A stretch of 63,294 nucleotides of DNA, the filler included. It is 8 parts of 8 records of this genome, joined end to end, with 100 filler letters (N's around TTAATTAATTAA, not from the genome) between each part and the next. Parts side by side here need not be neighbours in the genome. Positions count along the whole stretch, not along the records: positions 44,709 to 50,907 come from SRR31147125_66819; positions 51,008 to 57,801 come from SRR31147125_66850; 6 more parts are not named here. One strand, 5' to 3'. The translations under genes were made by a program, and so were the position numbers. Of the stretch, positions 44,852 to 55,458 are shown piece after piece. The notes under the pieces were generated by a model. It worked only from the letters and a program-made list of their open reading frames with translations. It had not been told where the DNA came from and did no database searches. Within the stretch, counting starts at the first letter, position 1, and the number at the start of each line of letters is the position of its first letter.

Positions 44852-46057
44852 ATGATACAGACCATCCCCTTACTCCACAACAGTCATACCCACCCCTGTA
44901 TATTCGCCGCCATGGGAACCGGGGTGGACATCAGTTGCGCCCCCACCAAAGCCGATGCCCTGGCAGCCATTGAGGCGCACAGGGGGGACTTTATCCTGGT
45001 TCTGGGATGGCACAGCACCCGGTATCTCTTTAAAACAGAGGAGCTGGACCATCTGCCTCCGGTGCTGGTCTGCAACGTATCCCTCCACGAATTTATCCTG
45101 AATACCCCGGCCCGGACCGCATTTGCAGATGCATATCCCGAACTCGTCCGGAACATTGACAGCACCGACTGGGTGGAGGGAAACCTGCACCAGATCCTCA
45201 AATTCATTGCGGCAAACGCCGGTGTGACAGCCGCCCGCCTTAAAGCATTTTACCAGGGGCTGGCCAAAGAAGGGGTATGGGGGGCTGACGAAATGCTCCT
45301 GCCCGGCCGGAAAATGATCTCTGTCTATGAAGAGGCCGGATGCTTGGACCGGACAAGGCTATGGGCCGACCCGGATTCATTTGCCGCCCTGGATGCTGAC
45401 GACCGGTCCAGGGTCTTCGGCATCAAGCTCTTTCTGGACGGGGCCGTCGGGGCCAGGACCGCAGCCCTGGCCCAGCCCTATGACACCGGCGGCACCGGCC
45501 TGCTCCTGAAAACCGACCGGGAGCTGGAGGGGGACCTGGCCCGGGCCGCCCGATGGGACAAACCCGTGGCCATCCACAATATCGGGGACCGGGCCACGGC
45601 CCAGGTGATCGCGGCACTCAGGGCCCTGAAAACAAAAAACGCCCCCCTGCCCCCCATGGTGCGGCTGGAGCACTGCCAGTTTATCTCTGAGGACCTGGCC
45701 AGGACAGCGAAATCATTAGGCATGATCCTTTCCATGCAGCCCAATTTCAGCCAGGATTCCATCCAGTACAAAGAAAGACTGCCCCAAGGCTATGCCCCAA
45801 AAAACAACCCCTTTCGCATGCTCATGGACCAGGCCGGATTCATTCCAGGCAAAGACCTTTTCTTCGGCACTGACGGCCCGCCCCACGGTGTTGAAGCCGC
45901 CCTTGCCGCCTGCCTCTTCCCGCCCCTGGACAGCCAGCGTCTCACCCTGGATGAATTCATTGCCGGGTACTGCATTGCAGGAAGGGAAAAAGGCCGGATC
46001 GAGGTTGACATTGATGAAACGAGCCGGGCGCTTACGGCACGGGTAATTTTAGCTTAG
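44852..46057 (+). CDS. Amidohydrolase 3 (YtcJ-like)
   Basis: HTH, KLFLDG..GARTA, HNIGD, RLEH, FGTD. Confidence 0.85.
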   Translation: MIQTIPLLHNSHTHPCIFAAMGTGVDISCAPTKADALAAIEAHRGDFILVLGWHSTRYLFKTEELDHLPPVLVCNVSLHEFILNTPARTAFADAYPELVRNIDSTDWVEGNLHQILKFIAANAGVTAARLKAFYQGLAKEGVWGADEMLLPGRKMISVYEEAGCLDRTRLWADPDSFAALDADDRSRVFGIKLFLDGAVGARTAALAQPYDTGGTGLLLKTDRELEGDLARAARWDKPVAIHNIGDRATAQVIAALRALKTKNAPLPPMVRLEHCQFISEDLARTAKSLGMILSMQPNFSQDSIQYKERLPQGYAPKNNPFRMLMDQAGFIPGKDLFFGTDGPPHGVEAALAACLFPPLDSQRLTLDEFIAGYCIAGREKGRIEVDIDETSRALTARVILA

Positions 46058-46090
46058 CTTCCGGGAAACAGAAAGGTTCTTCCTCTGTTT

Positions 46091-46560
46091 TCAGAATCTG
46101 TACGCCAACTGCACCCCGGCCTCTCTTCCCGGGGAGTGTATTCTATAATAACCGCCATAAACGCCGATGCTGTCATAATTTTCATCAAACAGATTGTCGG
46201 CATACAGGTAAATATCAAATCTGTCGGCCCCATATCCGACCTTTGCATTGACAAGGCGATAGGCTTTTCTATAATTTGTAATTTACAATGTCAAAATAGG
46301 TCTTGCCATAGCCAATAAAATCAGCCCTTGCATAATATCCTTGCGGACTCCTGTATTGAGCGCCTAAGTGGAAATTATATTTAGGCACATGGGGGTTGGT
46401 ATTGCCTTCATAATTCCCCTTATAGTCCTGAAAACTGTCAAATTCTGTTATATTATATCCCACGGATGCGAATATCTCCAGGCCGCCGCTTACCTTTGCC
46501 GTGGCTTCCTGTTCAAACCCTTTTGAGGTTGCCTCTGCCGCATTCGACATATAGGACAAG
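46091..46560 (-). pseudogene. C-terminal remnant of a TonB-dependent receptor
   Basis: SNAAEATSKGFE.., then after a break AYRLVNAKVGY..NLFDENY..GVQLAYRF* with terminal Phe; no plug or N-terminal barrel. Confidence 0.8.
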
Positions 46561-46620
46561 CTGATTGAAAAACCAATCACATGACCTTCATTACAGGACT
46601 AATTCTTCGAAGAGGTTAAT

Positions 46621-47465
46621 ATGGAAAAATGGAAAACAACATTTATTATCATCAACTTAGGATTATGCAATTGTCTTATATGCCTGGCCCTTGCAACCAA
46701 TAATATTTCAAACGCAAATGGGCTTTTCCCTAAAAAAGTACATATTATAAATAGACAAAATGCATCTTATCACACGCCCGAAGAAACATATACCTCAATG
46801 CTTTCATCATTGTATAATAAAAATTTAAATTGGTATTATGAGACATTGACGACAAAGGCCGCTTTACGAAATAAAGAATTATATGAAAAGGCAGGCGTTT
46901 CTCCCCTAAAAAAGTTTGAGACAATTAATGATCAAAAGGAATTTTATATTTTAAAAAATTCCCTTATAAAGACGGATTAGTTCTCATTATACGAAGCCAA
47001 AAAACGGATGGTACAATCCTGCAGGGTCCTTCAACAATGATCAAGAAAGGCAACGAGTGGAAAATTACCAACCGCTATTCTTCAGATGAAAAAATGCATG
47101 AGTATATGGGTTATTATAAAAGATCACCTGTCAAAACCACGACAGAAGTTACATACAGCGGAGTCCGCTATAACAGGAGAACCAGGCAGTTTTACTCTGC
47201 CGTCACGGTCACCAATATATCAAATCAGAAAATGGAGGGCCCGGTATGGTTAAAAATCAAAAATCTCCGGCCCAAAGGAGCCATACTCGCCAATGCCGAT
47301 GGTACGCATTTTGACGAACCCTATGTCATTCTGCTGGATGAGGAGAAAAAATGGCCGCCCGGCGGAAAACTGCCGGCAAAGACATTGTATTTCAAGAACC
47401 CTGTCAGGCAAAGGCTCAGTTTTGATGACCAGGTCTTTGCAGTCGTTCCGGAAGAGAGCCCCTAA
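46621..47465 (+). CDS. Secreted hypothetical protein (frameshift near 46955)
   Basis: Signal peptide; the frame of 47037-47465 is open back to about 46960; beta-rich C-terminal module. Confidence 0.6.
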
Positions 47466-47482
47466 AACCCAAGGAGGTAGAG

Positions 47483-47804
47483 ATGTGCATGTTTAGAAGA
47501 ATTTTAAAACCATACCATTTTATTTTATTGATTCTTGTGACAGCCCTTCTCTGCCCCAATACGGCATGGCCCACTCCCATTGACCTAACCGCTGCTACAG
47601 GTGGGTTCAGCGTATCTGATCCAGGTTTTGTGGCCTTTGGCCCGGCAATTAACCAGGCGGACCTGCTGGAAGATAACTGATGCGGTATTAGATATTGCAA
47701 ATGTATACCTCAATGAGAAACCGACCACGATTCCCGAACCCTCTGCTATTATCCTGTTTGCATCAGGGCTTCTTTGGATGTTTGAAATATGTCGAGGTCA
47801 TTGA
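47483..47804 (+). pseudogene. Collapsed PEP-CTERM protein
   Basis: AGGAGG RBS, signal peptide, then out-of-frame IPEPSAIILFASGLLWMF sorting signal. Confidence 0.65.
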
Positions 47805-47830
47805 TGGATGATGATTTCCGTCCAAAGCCC

Positions 47831-48883
47831 TTATTCCGACAAAGCAGTCAGTAAAAACAGGGTGGGGGTATCCGGAGATCCGGTTTGTTCAAGAAAGTAC
47901 CGGCGCTGGAATCGGATTAATGCCCGGGTCAGTTCGGTGTCAACAACACCGTCTATTTTATGATCGTATAGATTAATTTTATGCAACATGGCCTGCACCT
48001 GCTTGATCTGTTTCCCTTTAACCCCATCTTCATATTTTGATATCACCGGGCTCGGTTTCCAGAATAGAAAAAAGCGGCTTTGTAAAGGGGTCAAAGAGAG
48101 TGTTTCCAGAATGTGATACCGTTTTTTAACAGCTGCAGGTACTGAAGTAAAATGAATCAGCATCAGTCCGGTTTCATGATGGATTTTACGGGTAATTTCA
48201 CTGAAATCTTCTGATAGGAGTGCGTTTGAAAACAGGGGTTCGTATGTTTGAAGCTTATATGCGGTTAAAAATTCCATCACCGGGTCATCTGTATATGGGA
48301 CCGGCTTCCTGGCTTTTTTTTCAGGGGAAGGAGGTGCTGTTGTCCGGGAAGGCCCAGGGGTCGGTATATAAATTTTTCTGGTGACAATTGTTTTCGGTTC
48401 AGGCGTATCCGCCCCTTTTCCCTTCCAAAAGACCAGGGCTGTGCCAATCAAAACGGATAATACGGCAGCACCGATCAGTATCAGGATCACCGGATTGAAT
48501 TTTAAGGCTTTTATCCGCTTCCACCCCTTCGGCACATCAAAAAATACATTTTCCACATATTTTTTGCTGATAACCCGGGTGCGGTCCGCAAATGCCTTAT
48601 GAAGTGCCCGGTCCATAATGATCTTAATCTGGTCAACGCTGCCCAGGGTTAAGCGGTACAGCTCTTGATGGGCTTCTTCTTCAATAATGATTCGATTGTC
48701 TGCCCCGGCTGCATTTAACACAACCTGAATATAAACCATGACCTGCTCTTCACTTAAAGGCTGGTTCCTATTCAGATTAAAATTTCGGAAAAACTCCAGA
48801 TTCTCCTGTTCAGAAGAAAAGGGATTTGTCTTTAACCGAAAATAATCTAAAAACCCGGTGTTATCAAAATCAGACCCGCTCAT
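47831..48883 (-). CDS. ExeA/GspA-like membrane protein with peptidoglycan-binding domain, lacking the AAA core
   Basis: DYFRLKTNPFS start, PLSEEQ..YI lid region, one TM segment, IKQVQAML..IDGVV..ALIRFQ..TG PG-binding motif. Confidence 0.75.
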   Translation of the reverse strand: MSGSDFDNTGFLDYFRLKTNPFSSEQENLEFFRNFNLNRNQPLSEEQVMVYIQVVLNAAGADNRIIIEEEAHQELYRLTLGSVDQIKIIMDRALHKAFADRTRVISKKYVENVFFDVPKGWKRIKALKFNPVILILIGAAVLSVLIGTALVFWKGKGADTPEPKTIVTRKIYIPTPGPSRTTAPPSPEKKARKPVPYTDDPVMEFLTAYKLQTYEPLFSNALLSEDFSEITRKIHHETGLMLIHFTSVPAAVKKRYHILETLSLTPLQSRFFLFWKPSPVISKYEDGVKGKQIKQVQAMLHKINLYDHKIDGVVDTELTRALIRFQRRYFLEQTGSPDTPTLFLLTALSE

Positions 48884-49053
48884 AGGCTATACAAACTTTA
48901 ATACTACAATGTGCAGGGAAAAATTCCCAAGGTTGCATAAAATGTTTACAAATTTAAAAAATGATTTCAAATGACCTGTAGAAAATTCAAACAGAATGAC
49001 AAGATTAAAGCAAGTACTAATGGTATTTACCCGATCACGGTAAAGCGGTTTTA

Positions 49054-50445
49054 TCATAGAGAGTTCTTTTTTAGGTCAATTCCGTGTTTTTTCATCCGGT
49101 GCCAGACCGTAACCCTGGAGACCTTGAGCAGTTCGGCGGCTCTGGTCTGGTTCCCATTGGTCTGCCGCAGGGCATGGATTAAAACCTCTTTTTCATTTAA
49201 GGGCTTTGTGTCTGCGGGTTTTAGGGCGGGCACAGGATCACAAGCCTTCTTGGGGGAAAGGATATTTTGGGGCAGGTGGCTGAGTCCGATGAAATCCCCT
49301 TCGGCAACTACAAAGGCGAATTCCATGGCGTTTTTCAACTCCCGGATATTACCGGGCCATGGGTGGTCCATGAAAAGGGCCATGACATCCTTGTCCACCC
49401 CGCGTATTAATTTCCCTGTTTTTCGGTTTAACCCTTTGATAAAGGAGGTGACCAGGAGGGGGATGTCTTCTTTTCTTTCCCGCAGTGGGGGCAGGTGGAT
49501 GGGGATGACATTAATTCTGAAAAAAGTCCTGGCGGAATAAATCTTTGGCGATGAGTTGCTCAAGGTTCTTATTGGTGGCTGAAATGATCCTGACATCCAC
49601 CTTGATGGGAACAATGTCACCCACCCGCTCGATCTGCCCGGATTCAAGCACCCGGAGAAGTTTTGTCTGGATAGAAAGAGGTATATCCCCGATTTCATCC
49701 AGGAAGAGATTCCCCTGGTTGGCAGCTTCGAATCGGCCGATCCGATTGCTGTAAGCCCCTGTAAACGCCCCCTTAACATGGCCGAACAATTCGCTTTCCA
49801 GCACCGATTCATTGAGGGAGGCGCAGTTGAGCTGGATAAAAGGACCGTTTTTTCTGGTGCTGCAGATGTGGATGGCATTGGCCACCAATTCCTTTCCGGT
49901 CCCGCTCTCCCCCAGAATAATCACAGGGGCCCGGCTTTCGGCCGCCTTGCGGATCATCTCGAACACAGTCCGCATTTGGGGGGATTTTCCCACGATTCCC
50001 ATAAAACCGTTTTCCCCTTCAAATTGCCTGGAAAGGATATGGATTTTTTCGTCCAGTTTGACCAGTTCGGATATATCGGTCAGGGTTTCCACCACGCCCA
50101 AAGCCTTGTTCTGTTCATCCCAAAAAACAGATGCATTCTTTAAGACCGGCAGGAAACCGCCGTCTTTTTCCTTACCAGGCACCGGCATTTTTTCATCTCT
50201 TCCCGGCCCTCCTGGAATAATTGGCACCATGCAGACTGCTTTCCGGTTTCCATAAATCGTTCGCAGGCATCGCACCCGAGTATGGTGCAGGGCATGCCGA
50301 TGGCCTCCTGGGAGGAATAGCCCGTAAGGGTTTCAAAGGCCTTGTTCACCATTAAAATGGAGCCTTCCGGGCCGATGAACATCAGACCGTCATTAATAGT
50401 GTTGACAATCTTATTCCAGAAAACATTCATTTCATGGTCTTTCAA
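49054..50445 (-). CDS. PAS-domain sigma54 activator (frameshifts near 50165 and 49520)
   Basis: PAS (VNKAFETLTGY), GESGTGK, GAFTGA, WPGNIREL, HTH; GAGGAGG RBS before a TTG start. Confidence 0.9.
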
Positions 50446-50487
50446 GGATTCCCTCCTCTAATGTCCGGGATGGCCGATTGAATATAC

Positions 50488-50539
50488 AAATGTTGTTTAA
50501 ACACCTGTTAAATTCTTAACAGGTGTTTAAACAACATTT
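50488..50539. promoter_or_regulatory. Perfect 24-bp-arm palindrome, candidate enhancer (UAS)
   Basis: AAATGTTGTTTAAACACCTGTTAA-ATTC-TTAACAGGTGTTTAAACAACATTT. Confidence 0.7.
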
Positions 50540-50627
50540 AACGCTTCTTTGGGTCAAAACGACAAGATGGGTTTTATTTTAAGCGCAAAAACAAGGACTT
50601 GTCAAATTATGATAAAATTCATCCGCC

Positions 50628-50643
50628 GGGCACGGCAGTTGCT
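50628..50643 (+). promoter_or_regulatory. Sigma54 -24/-12 promoter
   Basis: GGGCAC-N5-TTGCT with exact GG/GC spacing, next to a sigma54 activator gene. Confidence 0.8.
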
Positions 50644-50687
50644 GTTACATCTTGATGACCATTCAACCTAAGAAATCTGGAGTCCAA

Positions 50688-50907
50688 ATGGCATCTAAAA
50701 TTGTACTGGATCTTAAAGGGGTGATCTCTCCTTTGGATTTATTAAAGTGCAAAAGCCGGCTTAATTCCATGGAACCGGGGCAGATACTCGAGGTCCTGCT
50801 GGCGGATGCGGATGTGGCCCAAAATCTGGTGACCATTATCAACAGGTCCTATGACCGGGTGATGTATAAAAATCTGCGTGATGAAAGCATTTGTATAGGA
50901 ATTAAAA
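50688..50907 (+). CDS. TusA/SirA-like protein without the CPxP cysteine, 3'-truncated
   Basis: LDLKGVISPLDLLK..MEPGQILEVL.D pattern. Confidence 0.75.
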
Positions 50908-51007
50908 NNNNNNNNNNNNNNNNNNNNNNNNNNNNNNNNNNNNNNNNNNNNTTAATTAATTAANNNNNNNNNNNNNNNNNNNNNNNNNNNNNNNNNNNNN
51001 NNNNNNN
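50908..51007. other. Artificial contig linker
   Basis: N44-TTAATTAATTAA-N44. Confidence 0.99.
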
Positions 51008-51946
51008 TTCTTTGTCTTCTCCAAATTCTTTTAAAGCCGGAGCAAGTACAATTAATTCAGCATCGTCGGCCAAAGCCATTCGGGTGCGGTAAACACTTTT
51101 ATTACCGAGCCAGGTACTTTTAAATTCGGTTGGATCGAGCCAAACAACTGCCTTTTTAATTGGCTTGTCGAGCATTTCGAAGTTAACTTCCAACGAAAGT
51201 TTGGCAGCTTTTTCGAACACCTCAAAATCATCGCCAATAAACAGCCCGTAGGTTTGTAGTTTGCCTTCTTCGTTCAATCCAACTACGGTTTGTACATATA
51301 CAATTGGTAAGTGGTTCGAGAAATTCTCAGAGGCATAATTAAACACCTTTCGAACCGGAGTATCGGCACGTCCCATCATTTTTTCCATGCCGTAAGCTGC
51401 ACCAATAAAATGACTTTTGTTTATGCCTTCAGAGCCGCCGGTTCCCACAAAAATATTTTTATTGTAGTTGGCCATTCCCACCACTTCGTGCGGAACAACC
51501 TGCCCGATGGAAAGAATGAGATCGAAATTTCCATCGACCAATAATTTATTTACCTGTGCAGGCCAGGAATAATTAACTGCTCCATCCGAAACTTCTTTAA
51601 CAAATTCTGCTGGAACTGTTCCTAAAGTAACTACATCGTTGTGCCAGTCGTGCTCGCGAATAAGGTCGGTTGGCATTTTGCCAAACATGTGGCTTATCTG
51701 CTCCATGGTCATAGGCGTGTGAGTGCCCAATGCCGGTAGAACATCGGTAAGTTTATCTCCAAAATATTCCCATGTATATTCAGTTAATTCCCCGGCACGC
51801 GAGGGTAAACGGGTATAATCGGGCGGAATTGCAAGGACTTTTTCTTTGCTGCCCATTTTTTCGAGGGCTTCAAAAAGGCTTTGTTTTAGGTCTTGACTGC
51901 TTAAAGCCGTTTCAGTTGAACCTTTTTCAAAATAAATCATATCCAA
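51008..51946 (-). CDS. LarA/DUF2088 lactate-racemase-domain protein, 3'-truncated
   Basis: PPDYTR, ALGTH, PHEVVG, KN motifs. Confidence 0.85.
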
Positions 51947-52025
51947 TATTTTTAACTAATGTGTTCTATTGTGTCTAATGTGGTGTAAATTGAACCACAG
52001 TAGACACATAGTTCACAATAGATTG

Positions 52026-53098
52026 TTAGCGTTTAACGCGGGCATTTCCACCCCAAATACTCCAAACTTGTTCTTCGTCGGCAGGTTGTGCGTAGTCGGT
52101 GAGAAAAGTGGCTGCCATGGCACCGGTTGCCCATCCAAATTGTGGCCATTTTTCGGCATCCCAGCCTTTTAGAATTCCGTAAAGCATTCCGCCAACAAAT
52201 CCGTCGCCACCACCAATGCGGTCGAGTACAGTAATTTTTTTCGGTTCAACCACGTGCCAATTGTCGCCTTCTAACATAATGGCGCCCCAAAGGTGCTCGT
52301 TAACACTGACAACTTCGCGTAGTGTTGTTGCAAAAACAGAAGCATTGGGGAAAGTTTCTTTAACACGGGTAATCAGTCCTTTAAATCCGTCGATTTTCGC
52401 TTTTAAACCTTCTCCGCCAGCTTCGGGGCCGGCAATACCAAAGCAAAGTTGAAAATCTTCTTCGTTACCAATAAGTATATCGGATACAGAAGCAATTTCA
52501 GTAAAGTCTTTGCGGAGTTGTTCTTCGCGGCCTTTCCAGAATGAGGCACGGTGATTTAAATCGAATGAGATTTTTGTACCGTGCTTTTTTGCTGCACGTG
52601 CAATTTCAAGGCAGAATTGAGTAGTTTCTGGAGAAAGTGCTCCAATTAAACCAGACAAGTGAACAATTTGAACGCCTTCTTCTCCGAAAATTCGGTCTAA
52701 ATCGAAATCTTTAACATTTAAGGTGCGGCCAATTTCTCCGGCACGGTCGTTAAAAACGCGAGGTCCGCGGGTGCCGTAACCACTATCTGCAATGTTAATC
52801 TGGTGACGATATCCCCAGGGATTTCCTGCTCAACTTCCGGCCCTTCGTAATCCATGTGTCGCGACTTCAGGTTGCTTTTTAAGAATGCCGCAATTGGGCT
52901 ACCTTCCACAAAGGTTGTCAGCACTTTTACCGGTAATCCGAGGTACGAAGAAATGCTGGCAACATTGGTTTCGGCGCTGGTTGCATAAAGCGTGAATTTG
53001 TCGCTGGCATGAACAGGTTGCCCGTTATCGGGAGTAATTCGAGTTCCCATGCTGGTTGGTACCAACATTGCGTATTTGCAGTTTTGTTTTAGTTCCAT
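52026..53098 (-). CDS. kdgK: PfkB sugar kinase, 2-keto-3-deoxygluconate kinase type (frameshift near 52820)
   Basis: AETNVA, FDLNHR, GNEED, DRIGGGDGF. Confidence 0.85.
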
Positions 53099-53242
53099 CT
53101 TTTTTAGTTTTTAGCTGTAAGACGCAAGTTTATACAGCGTAGTTAATATTTTAGTTTTATTCTATCGGTTTTTTATTCACCCGGTGACTTTTATGTCAAC
53201 GGGTGAATACCTTAAAGTTCGTAGCCCGAGGCTCGAAACTTC

Positions 53243-54466
53243 TTAATCATTAAATACCGCTCCGCTTTTTTCAATACCCATTTCGAGACCACGAAGTTCG
53301 GCCATTCCGCGTAAAAGACCAATTGCCGAATAACCCGGATTTGTTTTTTTATTCAAGTCATCCAGAATTGTGTGACCGTGGTCGGCACGCATCGGAATAG
53401 AGTGGTCGGGACGGTAAACTGCCTGACGTTTGCGTTGTTCTTTCAGAATGGCCAGCATTACGCCGTACATATCTACATCTCCCTGCAGGTGACTTGCTTC
53501 GTGAAATCCTTTCAATTCATCACGTTGAGTACTACGAAGATGGGCAAAGTTTAGTTTTGCTCCATGGCGTTTTACCATTCCAACAAGGTCGTTATCGGCG
53601 CGAACACCGAACGAACCGGTACAGAGTGTAAATCCGTTGTAAATACTATCGTAAACACCTAATAAAAATTCCAGGTCTTTTTCGGTACTAACCACACGTG
53701 GTAATCCGAATAATGAAAATGGTGGATCATCAGGATGGATAGCCAGTTTAATGCCACTCTCTTCGGCAACCGGAGCTACTCTTTCCAAAAAGTATTTCAG
53801 GTTTTCGCGGTAAGTTGCATCGTCAATATCTTTGTATTCATCCAGTTTTTCCTGAAATTGTTGCAAAGTGTACGATTCTTCTGCACCCGGCAAACCAGCC
53901 AAAATTGTATGTTCCAGCTCGTAGCGTTCTTCTCTGTTCATCGATTCGAAACGGTTTTGAGCTCTTTCTATTACCGCTTTGTCGTATTCGGCTTCTGCAC
54001 CTTTTCGGCGTAAAATAAATACGTCGAAGGCTACAAAGTCAACCATATCGAAACACAATGCACGGGCACCATCGCCCAATTCCATATGTAGATTGGTTCG
54101 TGTCCAGTCTACAACCGGCATAAAGTTGTAGCAAAGTACCGGAATCCCAGCTTTGCCTGCATTGCGAACACTCTCAATATAAGTTTCAATAAGCTCGTCG
54201 CGATTAGGACGCGCTTGTTTAATATCTTCGTGCACCGGAATACTTTCGATAACCGACCATGTTAAACCCCTTGGTTTTGCAGGTTTTTGGTTGTCGTCCC
54301 ATTCAATAAAACGTTTTCTTTCAATTAACGCTTTTTCGCTCCAAACTTCACCGTTGGGAATTTCGTGTAAAGCAGTTACAATTCCTGTTGCTCCTGCCTG
54401 ACGGATGTCTTGCAGGGTTACCGGGTCGCTTGGCCCGTACCATCTCCATGTTTGTTCTAATGACAT
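53243..54466 (-). CDS. uxuA: Mannonate dehydratase
   Basis: WRWYG, CYNFMP, HPDDPP, RADHG. Confidence 0.96.
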   Translation of the reverse strand: MSLEQTWRWYGPSDPVTLQDIRQAGATGIVTALHEIPNGEVWSEKALIERKRFIEWDDNQKPAKPRGLTWSVIESIPVHEDIKQARPNRDELIETYIESVRNAGKAGIPVLCYNFMPVVDWTRTNLHMELGDGARALCFDMVDFVAFDVFILRRKGAEAEYDKAVIERAQNRFESMNREERYELEHTILAGLPGAEESYTLQQFQEKLDEYKDIDDATYRENLKYFLERVAPVAEESGIKLAIHPDDPPFSLFGLPRVVSTEKDLEFLLGVYDSIYNGFTLCTGSFGVRADNDLVGMVKRHGAKLNFAHLRSTQRDELKGFHEASHLQGDVDMYGVMLAILKEQRKRQAVYRPDHSIPMRADHGHTILDDLNKKTNPGYSAIGLLRGMAELRGLEMGIEKSGAVFND

Positions 54467-54513
54467 TTTTCTAATCCTAAACTTTTACTATTTCTATATA
54501 AACTAATTTTCTT

Positions 54514-54527
54514 CGTTAGCGTTAACG
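54514..54527. promoter_or_regulatory. Candidate LacI-type operator upstream of uxuA
   Basis: CGTTA-GCGT-TAACG palindrome just downstream of a minus-strand TAnnTTTG box (54537-54544). Confidence 0.5.
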
Positions 54528-54592
54528 GAACCTTTGCAAAAATAAGCCAAATCATTAAAATTTGGCTTATAAGCATTATCTCTTAACGTTTT

Positions 54593-55444
54593 TTAAACTC
54601 CTCCAAAGGCGCTGTAACCACCATCAACCGGAATTACAATACCTGTAATAAAGTTAGAAACATCAGAAATGAGGAATAACGTTGCTCCTTGCAAATCTTC
54701 TGGTTCGCCAAATTTACCCATTGGAGTGTTGTCAACAATTTTTTGTCCGCGAGGTGAAAAATTACCCGTTTTTTCATCGGTAACTAAAAAGCGATTTTGG
54801 TTGGTGATGAAAAAGCCGGGAGCAATTGCATTCACACGAATTCCAACTTTTGCCAGGTGAACCGAAAGCCATTCAGTAAAATTATTGATTGATGCTTTTG
54901 CTGCCGAATAAGCCGGAATTTTGGTAAGTGGTTTGTACGAGTTCATCGAAGAAACGTTTAGTACAACACCTTTTTTCTTTTTCAGCATGTCTTTTGTGAA
55001 AACCATTGTAGGTAACAAAGTTCCTTTAAAGTTCAATGCAAAAACTTTGTCGAAACCTTCCATTTCCAATCCGTAGAACGAGTCTTCCAAATTGTCGATG
55101 TTGTCTTCTGTCAATGTTTCTACTTTTGTTGTAGCCTGCGGGCTGTTACCTCCGGCACCATTGATAAGAATATCGATGTCGCCAAGTTTTTCGTTGATTT
55201 CAGCTTTGGCTGCTTCAAGCGACGCTTTGTCTAATACGTTGGCTTTAATACCAATAACCTCGGCACCCGATTCTGCCGCTATTTCTGCCGCTACTTTATC
55301 AGCTACTTCTTTATTAATATCGGCAATTGCTATTTTTGTTCCAACTGAGGCAATAGATTTAACCATTGCTGTGCCCAATACACCGGCTCCACCGGTAATA
55401 ACACATACTTTTCCTTTTAGGTCGTTAAATGATAATGCTTGCAT
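54593..55444 (-). CDS. uxuB: SDR D-mannonate oxidoreductase
   Basis: TGGAGVLG, NGAGGN, PAYSAAK; adjacent to uxuA. Confidence 0.85.
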   Translation of the reverse strand: MQALSFNDLKGKVCVITGGAGVLGTAMVKSIASVGTKIAIADINKEVADKVAAEIAAESGAEVIGIKANVLDKASLEAAKAEINEKLGDIDILINGAGGNSPQATTKVETLTEDNIDNLEDSFYGLEMEGFDKVFALNFKGTLLPTMVFTKDMLKKKKGVVLNVSSMNSYKPLTKIPAYSAAKASINNFTEWLSVHLAKVGIRVNAIAPGFFITNQNRFLVTDEKTGNFSPRGQKIVDNTPMGKFGEPEDLQGATLFLISDVSNFITGIVIPVDGGYSAFGGV

Positions 55445-55458
55445 ATTTATTTATTTAT

